Origin: Iphione sp. A-MEVVRFRX5
Taxonomy: Eukaryota
Direction: 5' to 3'
Assembly: GCA_976226885.1 (NCBI GenBank)
Contig: OZ320322.1
Coordinates: 42,656,001 to 42,720,000, forward strand
DNA: 64,000 nt
The notes under the pieces are model-generated. The model was not told the DNA's origin. It saw only the letters and a program-made list of their open reading frames with translations, and did no database searches. Made by a program: the position numbers and the translations under genes. Of this stretch, positions 47,362 through 59,596 are shown piece after piece (positions within the stretch are counted from its first letter, which is position 1; each line of letters opens with the position of its first letter).

Positions 47362-48320
47362 ACGTCAAAGTCAAAGTCAAAGTCAAAGTCAAAGTCTGTT
47401 TATTCACATCTCAAACGCAAGGTGTGAGGTGTTAATGTGAACATCAATCGGGTATGAGTAATTCGGTTTTAAGACAAACAAGTTTGTAATTATTGATTTG
47501 GAAAAGATAATTTAACTAGATCTTTCTTGTATGATGGTAACGAATTCCATTTCCTAGATCCTTTGTATAAGAAACTATTCTTGGTTGATGTTAGTCGTGG
47601 TTTCTTTAATCTTATTTGACGACTTTGTCCACATCTGGTACGTCCTCCTCTTATGGTTGATAGGACCCCTTGCCTCTGCAACCTATGTATAAGAACAGTG
47701 GCTCTTAGTTCAGACAAATCTCTCAAGGGTAATAAAGTCAGTTTCTCTCGCAATCTTTTAGCACTCATAGAATGTCTAGCATGCTGAGTCAATATGATTC
47801 GCTTTAGAGCGGCATTGTACTCTATTTGTAGAGATGTCATTGTTTTGGCAGAGCTACTACACATGAAGGCAAGACTATACAAAAACAACGGCTGAATAAA
47901 GCCCAGAAAAATATTAATTTTCGTTTTGTAGGGAAACAGACCGCACACTCGTGATATCATTATGCTACGACTACGAGCTTTTCTTCTAATTTCCCTCATT
48001 TGTGGTTTCCAAGTTAACATTGGGTCTAGACAGAAACCTAGTAATTTCGGATTTTGTTCAAGAGATAATGTTTTTCCATTTAATTGCAAGTCTAGCCTAA
48101 ATATCTTACTTCTCCCGAAACATGTATAAGTTGTCTTCTGTTGATTTATACATAAACCTTTTGAACTTGCCCATTCACCTATCCTTCGCAATCCATGTTG
48201 CAGTTTCAACTGGAGACTCATGATATTGGTGGCACTAGCTATCAGAGTAACGTCGTCAGCATATATGACCAGTTTAGTTACCTTTAGGGACTTCCCTATA
48301 TCGTTTATCATCAATACGTC
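47362..48320 (-). mobile_element. Young 5'-truncated LINE with (GACTTT)n tail
   Basis: Open 274-aa ORF2 3' part; AATAAA at 47399-47404 (minus); five GACTTT units at 47364-47396. Candidate 5-bp TSD ACGTC at 47362-47366 and 48316-48320 (overlaps the tail, weak). Confidence 0.92.
47490..48314 (-). CDS. LINE ORF2 C-terminal part (RT from YADD to the end), 274 aa
   Basis: INDI..IYADDVTL, W...GL.IN..KT, LLGFCLDPMLTW and SFLYKGSRKWNSLP; clearly homologous to the 3' third of ORF 60328-63168. Confidence 0.93.
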   Translation of the reverse strand: MMINDIGKSLKVTKLVIYADDVTLIASATNIMSLQLKLQHGLRRIGEWASSKGLCINQQKTTYTCFGRSKIFRLDLQLNGKTLSLEQNPKLLGFCLDPMLTWKPQMREIRRKARSRSIMISRVCGLFPYKTKINIFLGFIQPLFLYSLAFMCSSSAKTMTSLQIEYNAALKRIILTQHARHSMSAKRLREKLTLLPLRDLSELRATVLIHRLQRQGVLSTIRGGRTRCGQSRQIRLKKPRLTSTKNSFLYKGSRKWNSLPSYKKDLVKLSFPNQ

Positions 48321-49486
48321 TTTCTATAATACAGACGGCTCATAGATTTATAATTCCTACAAACACCCACAATTATTTCACTTACCTCATTTATAAATGG
48401 TTGCTTTATCTGCAAGTTCTTCACATCTAACTTTATACTACGTCAATATACATTTGCCCATTTTGCCACTGATTCCATAATTATAGCGTCGCCATGTGGC
48501 GTGTGTAGATACCCACATATGGCCACTTCTATTACTTTCACAGACACATTATCAATTCATCTACTGCTGTCAAGCACACACAGGTCTTTGATATAGCGCC
48601 TCAGCACATACATCCACGCCAGCGTACGTACTGTTTAGATTTTGACGCAAAGGTTGAAGAACAAATCAACGCTATTTACCTAAGAACTTAGAATCAACAC
48701 AGGTTCCCAGTAGTCGGTGTCACTTTACTATTGATCTTGTTAATCAATGTGTCCCTGTCGTCCAACTGGGGGAATATAACTATCGGTCACCCTGCTCTCA
48801 GCATCCTCAAAGATTGACTCTCTCCTATAGAACTTATTGATTACAACATTCATATTGTTCCAGTCTTTTTGCCTTTTTTAAACAAATCGCTCATTCTTTC
48901 AAATTTAAATATGAATGTTCTACCGTTGACTCGCATCCACGGCGGGCTCATTAGCTGACAGATAAAGACATGCTGCTGGCTTAAAATTTGTCTATAGCAC
49001 GTAAGTATCTAGTGCAATTGATCAATGTTTGTGAGAGTAATAAAGCCTTCTTGCGAGGCCCATCTCTTTCAACGGTCATCAAATGACGGGAATTTACGGA
49101 TGTCGCTCCATGTGGCTTCTGTTACTATTGCAGATAAAATTTATTGCAATGTGTTGACAAAATCAGCTCGCTACAACCACTGTACTGTACTACGGTATGT
49201 AGAATGCATGGAGCTTCTAAAGCCCATAAACGCAGAATGTAAGATCCCACCAAATACGTGCGGTTAGTACGGCATCCGTATACAAAGATATTTTCAGCTG
49301 TTGTCAATATTTTATGTAATTTTGACACTCGTTCCCTAAAGTTATTAATTACTTTTTGTTAGGAGCTCGGAAATTCCTGAGGTAAAGCACGCTGAAATAC
49401 CGCGAAACTTTACATTTTGTTATGAGATGCAGAGCTGGGACGACGTCTTCTGATTTGGACGCTGACATTTCAATGCTGCCTTTGTA

Positions 49487-52030
49487 TGAATGAATGAATG
49501 AATGAATGGTTCCTTTATTAAGCCTCTCCGTGATACAGAGCTGTTCTTGCACATTAGGAAGAGAAACCTTACAAATTACAACAGTGGGTAGTGGTACATA
49601 CAAACAACGCTAAGAATTACAAGAGATCGTGTTGGTGCAGACAACGTTGAGAAACAATTTTAGACCAGAGCTCGAATTACAGTCTTTGTGATACATGTTG
49701 GAGGCGAAAAATTACCGAGTATAGTAGCGACATTAGTTTACCATAAATTCACGGGTACCCTATCCTGCTATACTGAAGAGATCATAGATTACATCAATCA
49801 AGGAAATCATTACAGTTAACTTCGATCAGGCATGAGTACGGTCAGAACAGGCACTGTAGTTTATCATACTTTAATTGACAGTAACTGTTGGTCAGAAACT
49901 AGTACATGTCTTCACATCAGAATAGCACATGTAAGGATAAGCAAGTCTCAAAGGCTAGATACTCCCCTACATCCCCAATATCTCATTTTCCAACAATCGT
50001 GCAGGTTGTCATTTATGCAGTTGGTCAGCAGTTCAAGTAGACATAACATATTTATGTCAGGTCAAGTCAGTCGAAAGATCTCGGTTACTGTAGTGGGTAA
50101 GAACTCAAAATCATTGCATGGGAAAGCCTTTCCCTCGCCTGAACAGCAGAAGGCGGGGTATTCCAACAGCTGGATCCTTTTGAACAACGACTTCTTGCAT
50201 AGCCATCACTCTTTGTTTTTTTCATCATGACTCTGCTGCCAGCTCCTGCTCTTGTCTTGGTCATAGAGGAGATTGGCATAAGACCCAGCTTGACTAATTG
50301 ATGAACTGTGCAGAGTCCTCTCATGTAGAGGACTTCCTCAACTGTGCCCACACCAAGTATTTTCTGGTGTTTACAGGCACTGAGAATTTTCCCCACCTGC
50401 ACAGCAAGCCTAGAACTTCGGTTTAAGTGAACCTGCAGGTCTTTCTCCACTCCCAAAGAGTGTTGCCGCATGGTAATGTAGATGACTCATTACGAGGATG
50501 TTGAACAATGTTTTCCTTGCAAAGAGCGGTAAGAATCTCTTTGCTCGAGCCAACCTGATAGGGATGCCTCAAATGACTGCCTTTAGTCTTTTCGTGCTTT
50601 CCCTAAAGCTCAGCTTTGAGTCAACTCGGTAGCCTAATAGAACTAGATTCTCAGATCTGTCAATATGGTCTTGCTAATTGGCAAATATTAGCACTTGGCC
50701 TCACTCAAGATGAAAATATGAGATCAACACCAGTCACTCACTACTCTTGAGGCTGACTGTGCCATGGAGTGAAGACGAATCGAGTCAACAGCAACATTGA
50801 AAGCCAGGAGACCCATTACAGACCCCTGAGGGATCCCACAAATAAGCTCTCTCTGACTTCGAATCTTCAACAGCGAACAAATTGTTGTCTTGATGTTAGA
50901 TAGCTTTCAGCATTGCAATGGCCCCACCATTAATGTTCGCCTCCTTGAGCCTCCCCAGGATAATGCTGTGCTGGACGGGATCAAAGGCCTTCTGCAGATC
51001 ATACCTTTCAATAGCAATACCTTTCTTTATTGATCTCCTCCCAACATCTGCAAATGATGTTTGTGATGGAAGTTTCAGTTCTCCTGCCTGCTTGTGGGTC
51101 CCTATGACTCCATGGGTCAGTAGTACCGGGCGGTGCACCCAGCCTGCCATGTCTCCCAAAGCTTGCCGGTAATAGGAGAATGAGACTGGCAGGTAATCGC
51201 TAATCTCATTGGGATCACCCTTCAGGGGTTACCTGGGCTATTTTCCATGGAGCGGGGAAAATTCCAATCTGCCTGATCCTGGAGAAGATCCAATTTAGAT
51301 AGTCCAGGGATCGTAGAAGCAGCTGCTTCAGTGTCCTGGTTGGACCACCTTCCAGCCCTAAGGCCTTTTTTGTCTTACCTTTAGCTACTATTGGCCTAAG
51401 GGCTTCCACAGTTGGATCAGCTGGATTAAATTCAGCATGGTATAGAGCACGCGAAGGCACATGCAACCCCAGAACAGGCCTGCTCAAGTCTGATACACAG
51501 TCACTAAAGAATTTGTTGCACTTATCAGCAAGCTCACACATTCCCTGCGTGCCTAGAGTCCCCCTTCTGTGGCATGGTGGAGCCTGTCGCTTCCTTGTCA
51601 GACACTTCATAAAGGAATGTCCGCAACATGGAGGAGTGATTTCCTGCGCTCGCCAAATGTGTGCCAGTAATGTTGATTGTCACTGCTGTCTATATCTTTT
51701 TTGTCCGAAGTTTGAAGATACGCCTGGAGTCTTTGCAATTGTCAGTTTTCCATCGCCTGAAGTAGTCCTGCCTGTCCTCGATCAGGTTGATCACACCTGG
51801 ATCCAGGGGGAAGTGATCATGCCCAAGAGATACTTCCGCTTTGAAGCAAGTCACATAACCTTAATTTCCTCCTTGCATCTAGTGCCAAAGTGATTCCAAG
51901 ACTCTGTATGGATATGGTCTAATCAATCTTGTCCCATCTCCTAGTGACAACACAGTATGTTTAGCCTTCGACAGCCCTTTCTTGAGCAGGAACCGAACTG
52001 GCCAATGATTACTTAGTAGTCAGTCAAGTA
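49487..52030 (-). mobile_element. Decayed LINE (end of endonuclease, linker, RT, 3' region) with (CATT)n tail
   Basis: SNHWPV near 52000; GIFPAPWKIAQVTP (ORF 51215-51610); DLQKAFDPVQH (ORF 50896-51159); KGSSCWNTPP (ORF 50085-50471); AATAAA at 49514-49519 (minus); (CATT)5 at about 49487-49508. Confidence 0.9.
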
Positions 52031-52034
52031 CCCT

Positions 52035-52290
52035 TCCTTAGGACTTAGGTAGCACTTGGAGAGGTGCGGGGGACTTCTGAGTGTGATAGGAGGATGCTGT
52101 GGAAGAGGGGGGGCACCTGAAGAGGTGAGGGGACTTTAGAGGGCGACACGAGGATGGCCAAGGCTGAGGCAGCACCTGATGAGGTGTGTGGATTCTCGAG
52201 AGTGACAGGAGGCAGGCAATGGAAGAGGGGTGCACTGGGATGCACTTGGAAAAGTGAGGGGACTTAAGAGGGCGAAAGGGGGCACCTGAC
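52035..52290. repeat. GC-rich degenerate repeat (CAC(C/T)TG..GAGGGGACTT motifs)
   Basis: GGGGACTT recurs at about 52069, 52129 and 52258; the minus-strand translation repeats RPLKSPH twice. Confidence 0.55.
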
Positions 52291-52361
52291 AAGGCCTAAC
52301 CCAAGTACTACTTTAATTAACCCTGCAATGAATGACACAGTCATGCTGTCGCATTTGTGCA

Positions 52362-52562
52362 GCCCTTGTGACCCAGTGGATAAGAGTGCCAGCTTTTCAA
52401 GTGCAATGTGTTGATACCCAGGTTCAAACCCTGCCACACCTGTCTGAATCTTTTTTCTAAAAATATTTAAGAAAATGTTTTAAAAACGTTTTAATCTAGT
52501 TAGGAAAACATTATGCAAACTTTCATTTCAAACATTTTTTGAACGTTTCTGTGTTGGCTGGG
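52362..52562 (+). mobile_element. Right end of a CCCAGCCAACAC-type TIR element with an internal tRNA-like cassette
   Basis: A box TGACCCAGTGG (52369-52379), T-arm CAGG-TTCAAAC-CCTG (52419-52433), T6 run at 52451-52456, AAAATGTTTT/AAAACGTTTT subterminal units, terminus GTGTTGGCTGGG at 52551-52562. Confidence 0.7.
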
Positions 52563-52599
52563 TACATTACCCTGTGACGAGTTAACTGCCTAATATCAT

Positions 52600-54106
52600 T
52601 GAAATGAGCAATGTACGCCTTTATATGTAGATTTATTGGAAGAATAAGAGATTTGATCGTCCCCAACTGGCGCTTCAGTTTGCTGAAACAGAAGTTAATG
52701 CATGAGCCTCTTTCCAGCCTTTCAGGGTTATCTCAGGCAGTACTGAATAGTACCCATGATTGGGTAAACATTCCCCAACTTGTTAGTGATAAGCAAGGGA
52801 ACATTGAAGTACCATTATGTGACTGGCAAGCTTTCCTATCACCTTCATCTGATGTTTGTGAGGTAGCATCACTATTTTGAATGTTCAAACCAGAACCCTA
52901 GGGTTATTTGCTTCCCCCAGTATGCAGACAGCCAGGCAACACTTTCAAGATGCTAAGTGTTAGCCCCTAAGCTGTCCTCAAGTACCCCCAATCTGTCCCC
53001 CCTCAGTTTGTCCACCGAGTGACAATAGTATCTGTTCAAGGACATTAGAGATTCTGCACAGAGGAGACCAAAGACATCATGTGCCCCAAAACATCATGTG
53101 CCCAAAGCCCTGCATTCCTCACCCTGCTTTGACAGGAGCAGAATCAGACACAGAACCAGGACCAACTCCATGTCCACCTTCAGGACCTGCTGATGAAGGC
53201 CCTGCATGAGGCAGGGGCAGAGGCAGAGGTAGGGCAGGGTCAGAGGCAGAGGCAGGGACAGGGGCAGAGGCAGAGGCAAGGGCCGAGGTAAGGGCACTAG
53301 CACCCGTGGACATGCCCAGACCCCAAACACTTCAGAGGACGAGGCAGAGGAGATGTTCAGACATATGGAGAGCTCCAGCTCAGACCATGACTCTGACTCT
53401 AAATCAGAGCTCCAATCACAAGCTAAGCATGTAAAAAGAGGTTATGGTCAGCCAATAAGACCAGATGAACTTGTTCTGCTGATTATCTTTGAATGTCTGC
53501 TAAACTTGAATTAAATGTCTACTTAACTAGATGTAATAACCCCAATTCATTGGTCAACAATTTGTACAAAGACTTTGTTCAAAATGGTTCATATTGTTAG
53601 CTTCAGCCATTTCAGAAATGAATATACTTCCACACAAGATAACTTCTACAGCCTTTTTTAAGCTTCTAGATAGACGTACTGTGATACTTCGTGCTTGCCT
53701 TTCTAGGTTAAGTTTCCTTTCCAGAATGAGATTTTCTCTTATTTTCTGAGGCCAGCATGAATAAGATATTATATCTCGAAATGCATGACTCTCTTGTATT
53801 TTGTAGATAAGATAAGGTAGATAGACTAACTTACGTTTTAGGACGATTGAGAAATAACAAGTGTCCATTGCTAGGGTTATTCTAGAAGTCTGTAGGAGAC
53901 CTGCCTATGAAAACTTCAAAGGCCAATATTATTTGCAGTTAGGGACAACACTTGATAACTTTGTAGCATTACCATATTTTGCCAAATTATGGTAGAAAGA
54001 CATGCTATGCCTTGTTAGATAGGTAAAAAATAGCAGATTTTAATGAAATGTGTAACTAAACTTTGGTTTTGTCTGACTTTAGATTCATTTTGTCAGAACG
54101 GGTCAC
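52600..54106 (+). mobile_element. 3' part of a decayed DNA transposon, probably Sola-like; transposase C-terminal remnant and right terminus
   Basis: PNWRFSLLKQK..NIPQLV..EVPLCDWQAFL (ORF 52611-52880), then LSTE*Q*YLFKDIR / FCTEETKDIMCPK and a GGCAGA low-complexity tail. Terminus TTGTCAGAACGGGTCAC|ATAT at 54106. The family name is from recalled motif similarity only. Confidence 0.5.
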
Positions 54107-55450
54107 ATATATATTTTTGTGTGTGTTGTTGTTGTTTTTTTCAAGCAAGTGTACCAGTTAAGAAGGAATGTATATACGCCATGGTGATCAATTAGCTACA
54201 GTGCATTCCCATAGAGGGTCTCTGGAGAATCAACAAATGTATATTAATATATTTATCCAAATTAATTAGTACAGGATCTTTACTACAAACCTTACCACCC
54301 GAAGACGTCCAGCTAAACAGGTTATTCTAATGGTCTGATATTGTCTTTTAGTGTAAGCTATTCATTCAGTATGGAGCATTCGATATTGCTAAGGCTGACT
54401 GAACTATCTAACATAATACCGACCAAAGTAAAGCGATTTACCGAGACCTTCAGATATTTTGAAAAAGTTAAAATCGTTAGGATCAGGAGCAGCAAATCCA
54501 GACAATCTCATGCAAGAAGGAACAGCAGAAAACTTTTGCTCTAAAGACACACAATGAAAAGTTCTACCTGAAAACGTCAGATAAATAGCGACCTGAGGGT
54601 ATTGAAGCGCCGATAATTTAGTCTGAAGCCATCACAAATGCAACTGTAAAGTATTTGCATTGGAAACATCAGTCCTTTTGGTGCGTTTTGCTATTGCCAT
54701 TTAAGGCCACCATCTTTTCCTATGGCCGTCTTCCCTGATAGTATAATGCAAGTCTGTCGGATAACAGCTTTGGCTCCACGAAGCAGCATCAACAGTAACT
54801 TCTGACATTCACTCCTTACAGATTCTGTATAAAGTGTAAACAACCAACGTATTCATAGTAGTGATCTATTCAACCATAACATTAATATTAAACGTAGCAC
54901 AGGATGGACAGGTCCGTGTAGGTTCTTACCTTTTACGAGTAGTGGTGACTTCTCAACCCTTTTTCAACATGTAAAGCACACTTATTTGTCAACACATGAA
55001 ATATAATCAATACTCCGTTATGTAATGAGTAGTTCCTACTTAAGCATTATGGATGTCAATAGTCAAGGCCAAAAGCTCCTATTTTTGAGAGGTATATATG
55101 TATACATGTAACTATTCATTATACTAAATGATGAGGACAGTTGTTACGTTTAATGTTTTTATTATATTCATAATTTGGCAAGCTCTATACACGTTGCTTT
55201 TAGTGGGATTCTAAGTTTGACGAACAAGAAGGACTGTACATTTCTGTTATTGCATTTACAAAGAAACTGTTCTGTTTTATGGTTGCGTTCCTATCAGACA
55301 TTAATTACTGAAGAGAATTTGTGTTAAAAGTGGTAAAGAGAACCACAAAACATAATGGTCCTCCGTTAACACTTAGGGGCATGCTTGACTGCCAGGCAAC
55401 TTCATGATAAGTTCTCCCAGGGTAGGGCCCTGGATGATCACCGCGATAGA

Positions 55451-55487
55451 AGTGTGTGTGTGCGTGTGTGTGTGTGTGTGTGTGTGC
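55451..55487. repeat. (GT)n microsatellite
   Basis: Directly visible. Confidence 0.95.
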
Positions 55488-58400
55488 TTTTCTGTGTGTA
55501 TGGGGGCGCTTGTGTTTTTGTACGTGTAGGGAGGGGGCTGCAATAGCATACTACATAGGGAATCATGACATAATTTCTCAATGTAACATTTTCCTGAACG
55601 TGTATAATATATACAACTCCATCCATGTAAACCAATCCGAAGTGCTTTGATATACATCAGAGCTACTTCTACAAAATGACGTGACCTCATATAAGTGAAA
55701 TGCTCACTATTCCTCTGAAATGTGACAGATCGATAGAGGTTTTAGAGCATTAGTCAAAGATACAGTTCTCCAGTTTGCGTTTGAACAGTACGTTGTGCCA
55801 GCCGTTCATAACCTCAATGTGCTAGGTGTGAGACACCAAGGCTCATAGTCATATTACGGCACAAATGTGTCATCTTTCCCGATGCCGTCAACGAACGAGC
55901 CCTTCCTTGTTGCGATTGGCCATTTGCATACGTAAGGAACAAAACCCAGCCATGCCAATTGTTCCCGACTATTCTAAATGATGGGTAAATAAGATTAGGA
56001 ATGTAATATGTAATCAAATTAACTTAACATGATCAACCGAAACTTAAAAATGTTTCAAATGTTTTCTTTTTCTGCAAGCAGAGACCCTTCTTATGTGCTT
56101 TTCACAGTTTCTCGTTCCAGTTAACATCTTCCATCCTTGCTTACAAATAGAAGATGAGGCAGAATAACGACCCAGGGCCAATTTTTAACATCCATATTTG
56201 CCATTATTAAGTATTATTATTGGTACTGGACGTTACTATCTACTTTATGAATTTCTCTATTATCAAAACATCCATTTTGTAACATGCTTATTTACTCATG
56301 GTGACCCCGAAAGAAAGCAATGTGCAATCATTACTACAACGTGATCAGCAATTTGAGAGAAAGTTAAAAGTTCCCTATATCTATGTCACATAAGAGGGCG
56401 GTGTTAAAGGCAAAAAAACAGACGTTTCCTAATCTTGCGATGATGTGTGAGGTGAACGTATTGTGCGTGTGTGTCATGTGGTGAGGGAGCTATACAATTG
56501 GGTTTATAGTGTTTTTGTGGAGAGGGGCCGGTATTGGTCTGTCTTGCAGGTGATTCAGCAAGGGTGGGATTGTCGATGGGGACACAGTGTGATAAAGGGT
56601 AGACTGCAGGTCTACAAGCAATGTAACTTCTGTGGGTACATAGATTACTGTCAAGATTGTGAACAAGTTCTTTACACTTCCGTGAACATTGATGCCCTTG
56701 GAGCAGCTGTGCTCTTGTTGGATTCAAAAACTACAATTTATGGGTTCGAGGAACGCCGTTAAGAGCAAGTAGTTGGCTAGAATTGATGAAAGTGACAGAT
56801 TAGATTGGAGTGCCATCCATCAGCACAACGCTTCTCGGCAAAAGAGATCAATAGCATACAAAACAACGTGAATGTGCGTGTTATAATCGAGAGGATATCA
56901 AGAAACTGTTTGCAGATGTCGGTAGTTCGGGAAGTGATAACATCAATCAGCAGGTCCCTGAGGCCACACTCTTGATTGCTTTCTGCCACTTCCGGCTCGT
57001 TACACATGCGTACTCTTCTGCTTTTCTTCCCCCAGCAGCCAGAGAAGGTGACATCTAAAACCCAGATGGAAAGAGATTGCTCTGGTCCCGAATGCTTGTT
57101 CAATATGTAGGCCTATGATTCAGAAATAAGTGTCGCTTTCCAAACCCAAAGTTGCTCTCAACCTAAAGTTCCTATACGAATTCCTCACATATATATACAA
57201 GGACAAACATTTGATGCCCCGACATACACACTTCGTATTCATGGATACAAGCCCCCATTCGATAATCATATCAGTACGTTTCCTGGGTACGGTTTCAATA
57301 AACAAATGTGCCACTGCCTAATTCTTTCAATTCCTCCTGAACAAGCGTTTTAACTTGGCTTAGCCATGACAGTCAAATACTTTCAATATCCCTAAAAGCA
57401 TGCTTAAGCTCTGGACTAATCACGGTAAAGTAATATGGGTTATTCGTTTTGACTGGATCAACATTATATTCATTCAGTGAATTCAGCAAATAGCAGACAC
57501 GCATAGATTTGGAAAAAGAAAAGCGATTAATATTTAATACGTATACATTTTTTATAATATTTCCAGTGCAATGCACCTGATGTTTGCGACGATGATACAT
57601 TTGTACCAAGCAATCACCACACAACACAATATTAACAGACTTTTTTCACAAGAAAATTTATCTGCTATGTAAACATATCGAATGTGTTGAAACTCAAAGA
57701 AGCTTATATTTGTTTCTTATTGGTCTAAAGATATTACATGATCACTTTTTTTCTTCTACAAAGATTGAATCGTACACTGCTGATGAGGTGTGTTATTTCT
57801 TGACCGGAATGGTCATTATGGAAGATATTTATGTTCCACTAGGAATTGATTTTAAAGTATACAATGTTAAAGGTGTTTTAAATTGGATGAAGAGCACTGA
57901 AAGCCTGTACCAACCGAAAAAAAAGCTGAAATAGCTAACTTCGATTGGGAGAGAGAAGTTGATTTTGAAGTTAATAATGAGGTTAATAATTATAATCCAA
58001 ATGAGGTAGAACATATGGAAATTAAGAAGTACGTCAATTTTACCTCCCGGACCAAGAGCAAGTTAATAACATGAAGAAGAAAGTTAGTCATAAGAGCACC
58101 TTAGACTAAATGAAATGGGCTATAAAATGATTTTTGTCACAATCAACTATTTATAATTGAAATGAGTATATCGAGGCATGGCATGAATTGTGGCAGGAAA
58201 GTACAAAATACAATGCAAGCCGCGTTTTTAAAAATGTAAGCAAAGATATTTTAAAGGTGTTAAATTCTATATAAATCCTTTGTTTTAGATTGGTTAGTGA
58301 GTGTTGACTATGATACACAATTCGAGGGGCTCCCTGCTGAAGATTTGGCACATCGCCTTCAATAGTTCCACACACGAGGGTGCACAAAAGCATTGGAAAT

Positions 58401-58789
58401 GTAGTCAAGACGTGCCTACCAAAGTATCTGGTGCAGGTTACTGAACCATCTATCGTTGCCATGATAAATAACATAAAAGAGTTTACAGAATATAGAATCT
58501 TTATTTAACCAACTTCATAAAATACCAAGCTTTTCCTACTTAAATACAGTGAGAAGAAGAGAAAAAAAGCACCTGGTGCGTGTAGGTGTTCGTCAGTAAG
58601 CAGCTAATAGGTAACAATAGGTGACAAAAGTCACGATGTAGGATCAAATACTGTAATGTTAAATACGAGTGCGCACACAATTGTTGAGTGCTAGATGCAG
58701 TTAACATCACAGAAATAGCGTAAATAGTAATAATACATGAAGGCAAGAAAAAAGAATAATGGAAAACTAGACGCGAGTAATTGAATACA

Positions 58790-59430
58790 TGTTAGAGGAG
58801 AGACCGCATGGACTATGTTTCCCCAAGGAGCCTATATATTCCTGGTCCATGCCAATCAATTGCAACCTCATTATGTTTGAACTTAACATATTGTGCCCAC
58901 TAAGTTTATATGAACTGTGACCTGCTAATAGGATTTGTTATATTACTTCCATTACTTACATTAAGCTGTACCTAAGATAGCCCTTAGGGGCTGTCGCTCA
59001 TTCCCATAGTTCATTGGGAAGCACCCACTTACTACACCAGGTGGATAGTAATGGGCTAGGTTGTCATATGTCACATTACGGTTTTGTTACACTATCATGT
59101 ATGGTACTACATCCACCCATGATTTAATTGGTTACACACTGAGGATATGCTTAATTCCAAGCCTTTTATGTGATCACAAAGAGTTCTATTGTAAGTATGT
59201 TAAACAGTCACTCACACACCAAGTTAGATCAACTATGACTGTACCAACTATCTTCCACCACATATACTCACATTGAGTGCCTTGTCATTGGTATGTAGAG
59301 TCGAATGAATACAGTTACCAAGCTTTTTGTTTACATGCACTGTATATTCTACACTGTTTCATAATTTTCTATGAAAACCTGTGTATTGCACATGAGACTA
59401 CTAAATAAAAATTTGAATTTGAATTTGAAT
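58790..59430 (+). mobile_element. Non-coding 3'-terminal LINE fragment ending in AATAAA and (TTTGAA)3
   Basis: AAATAAAAATTTGAATTTGAATTTGAA at 59404-59430, the same tail type as at 5238-5277. The 5' boundary is uncertain. Confidence 0.55.
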
Positions 59431-59596
59431 CTCTTGTCTCAGTATAACATAGTTATAATGTTTCACCTTTGGACAATTCATCGTGTTCTCCAGTGATCCT
59501 GTGGCTAATCTGGTGCCACTGTCGGCCCGAAGCCTAGTGGAGTCACTGTGTTGCTGATGCCCCCAAATTTTCCAACTCGTCCTGTAGTGTTGGATC

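Noticed and set aside
53094-53330. Pro/Leu- and Ala/Ser-rich minus-strand ORFs
   Set aside because: Products of the GGCAGA low-complexity repeat within the transposase remnant.
56960-57050. Thrombospondin type-1-like reading SGCWGKKSRRVRMCNEP
   Set aside because: Lacks the W..W..CS.TCG core. The R.R.C match is short and competes with the CARD-like reading of the same ORF.
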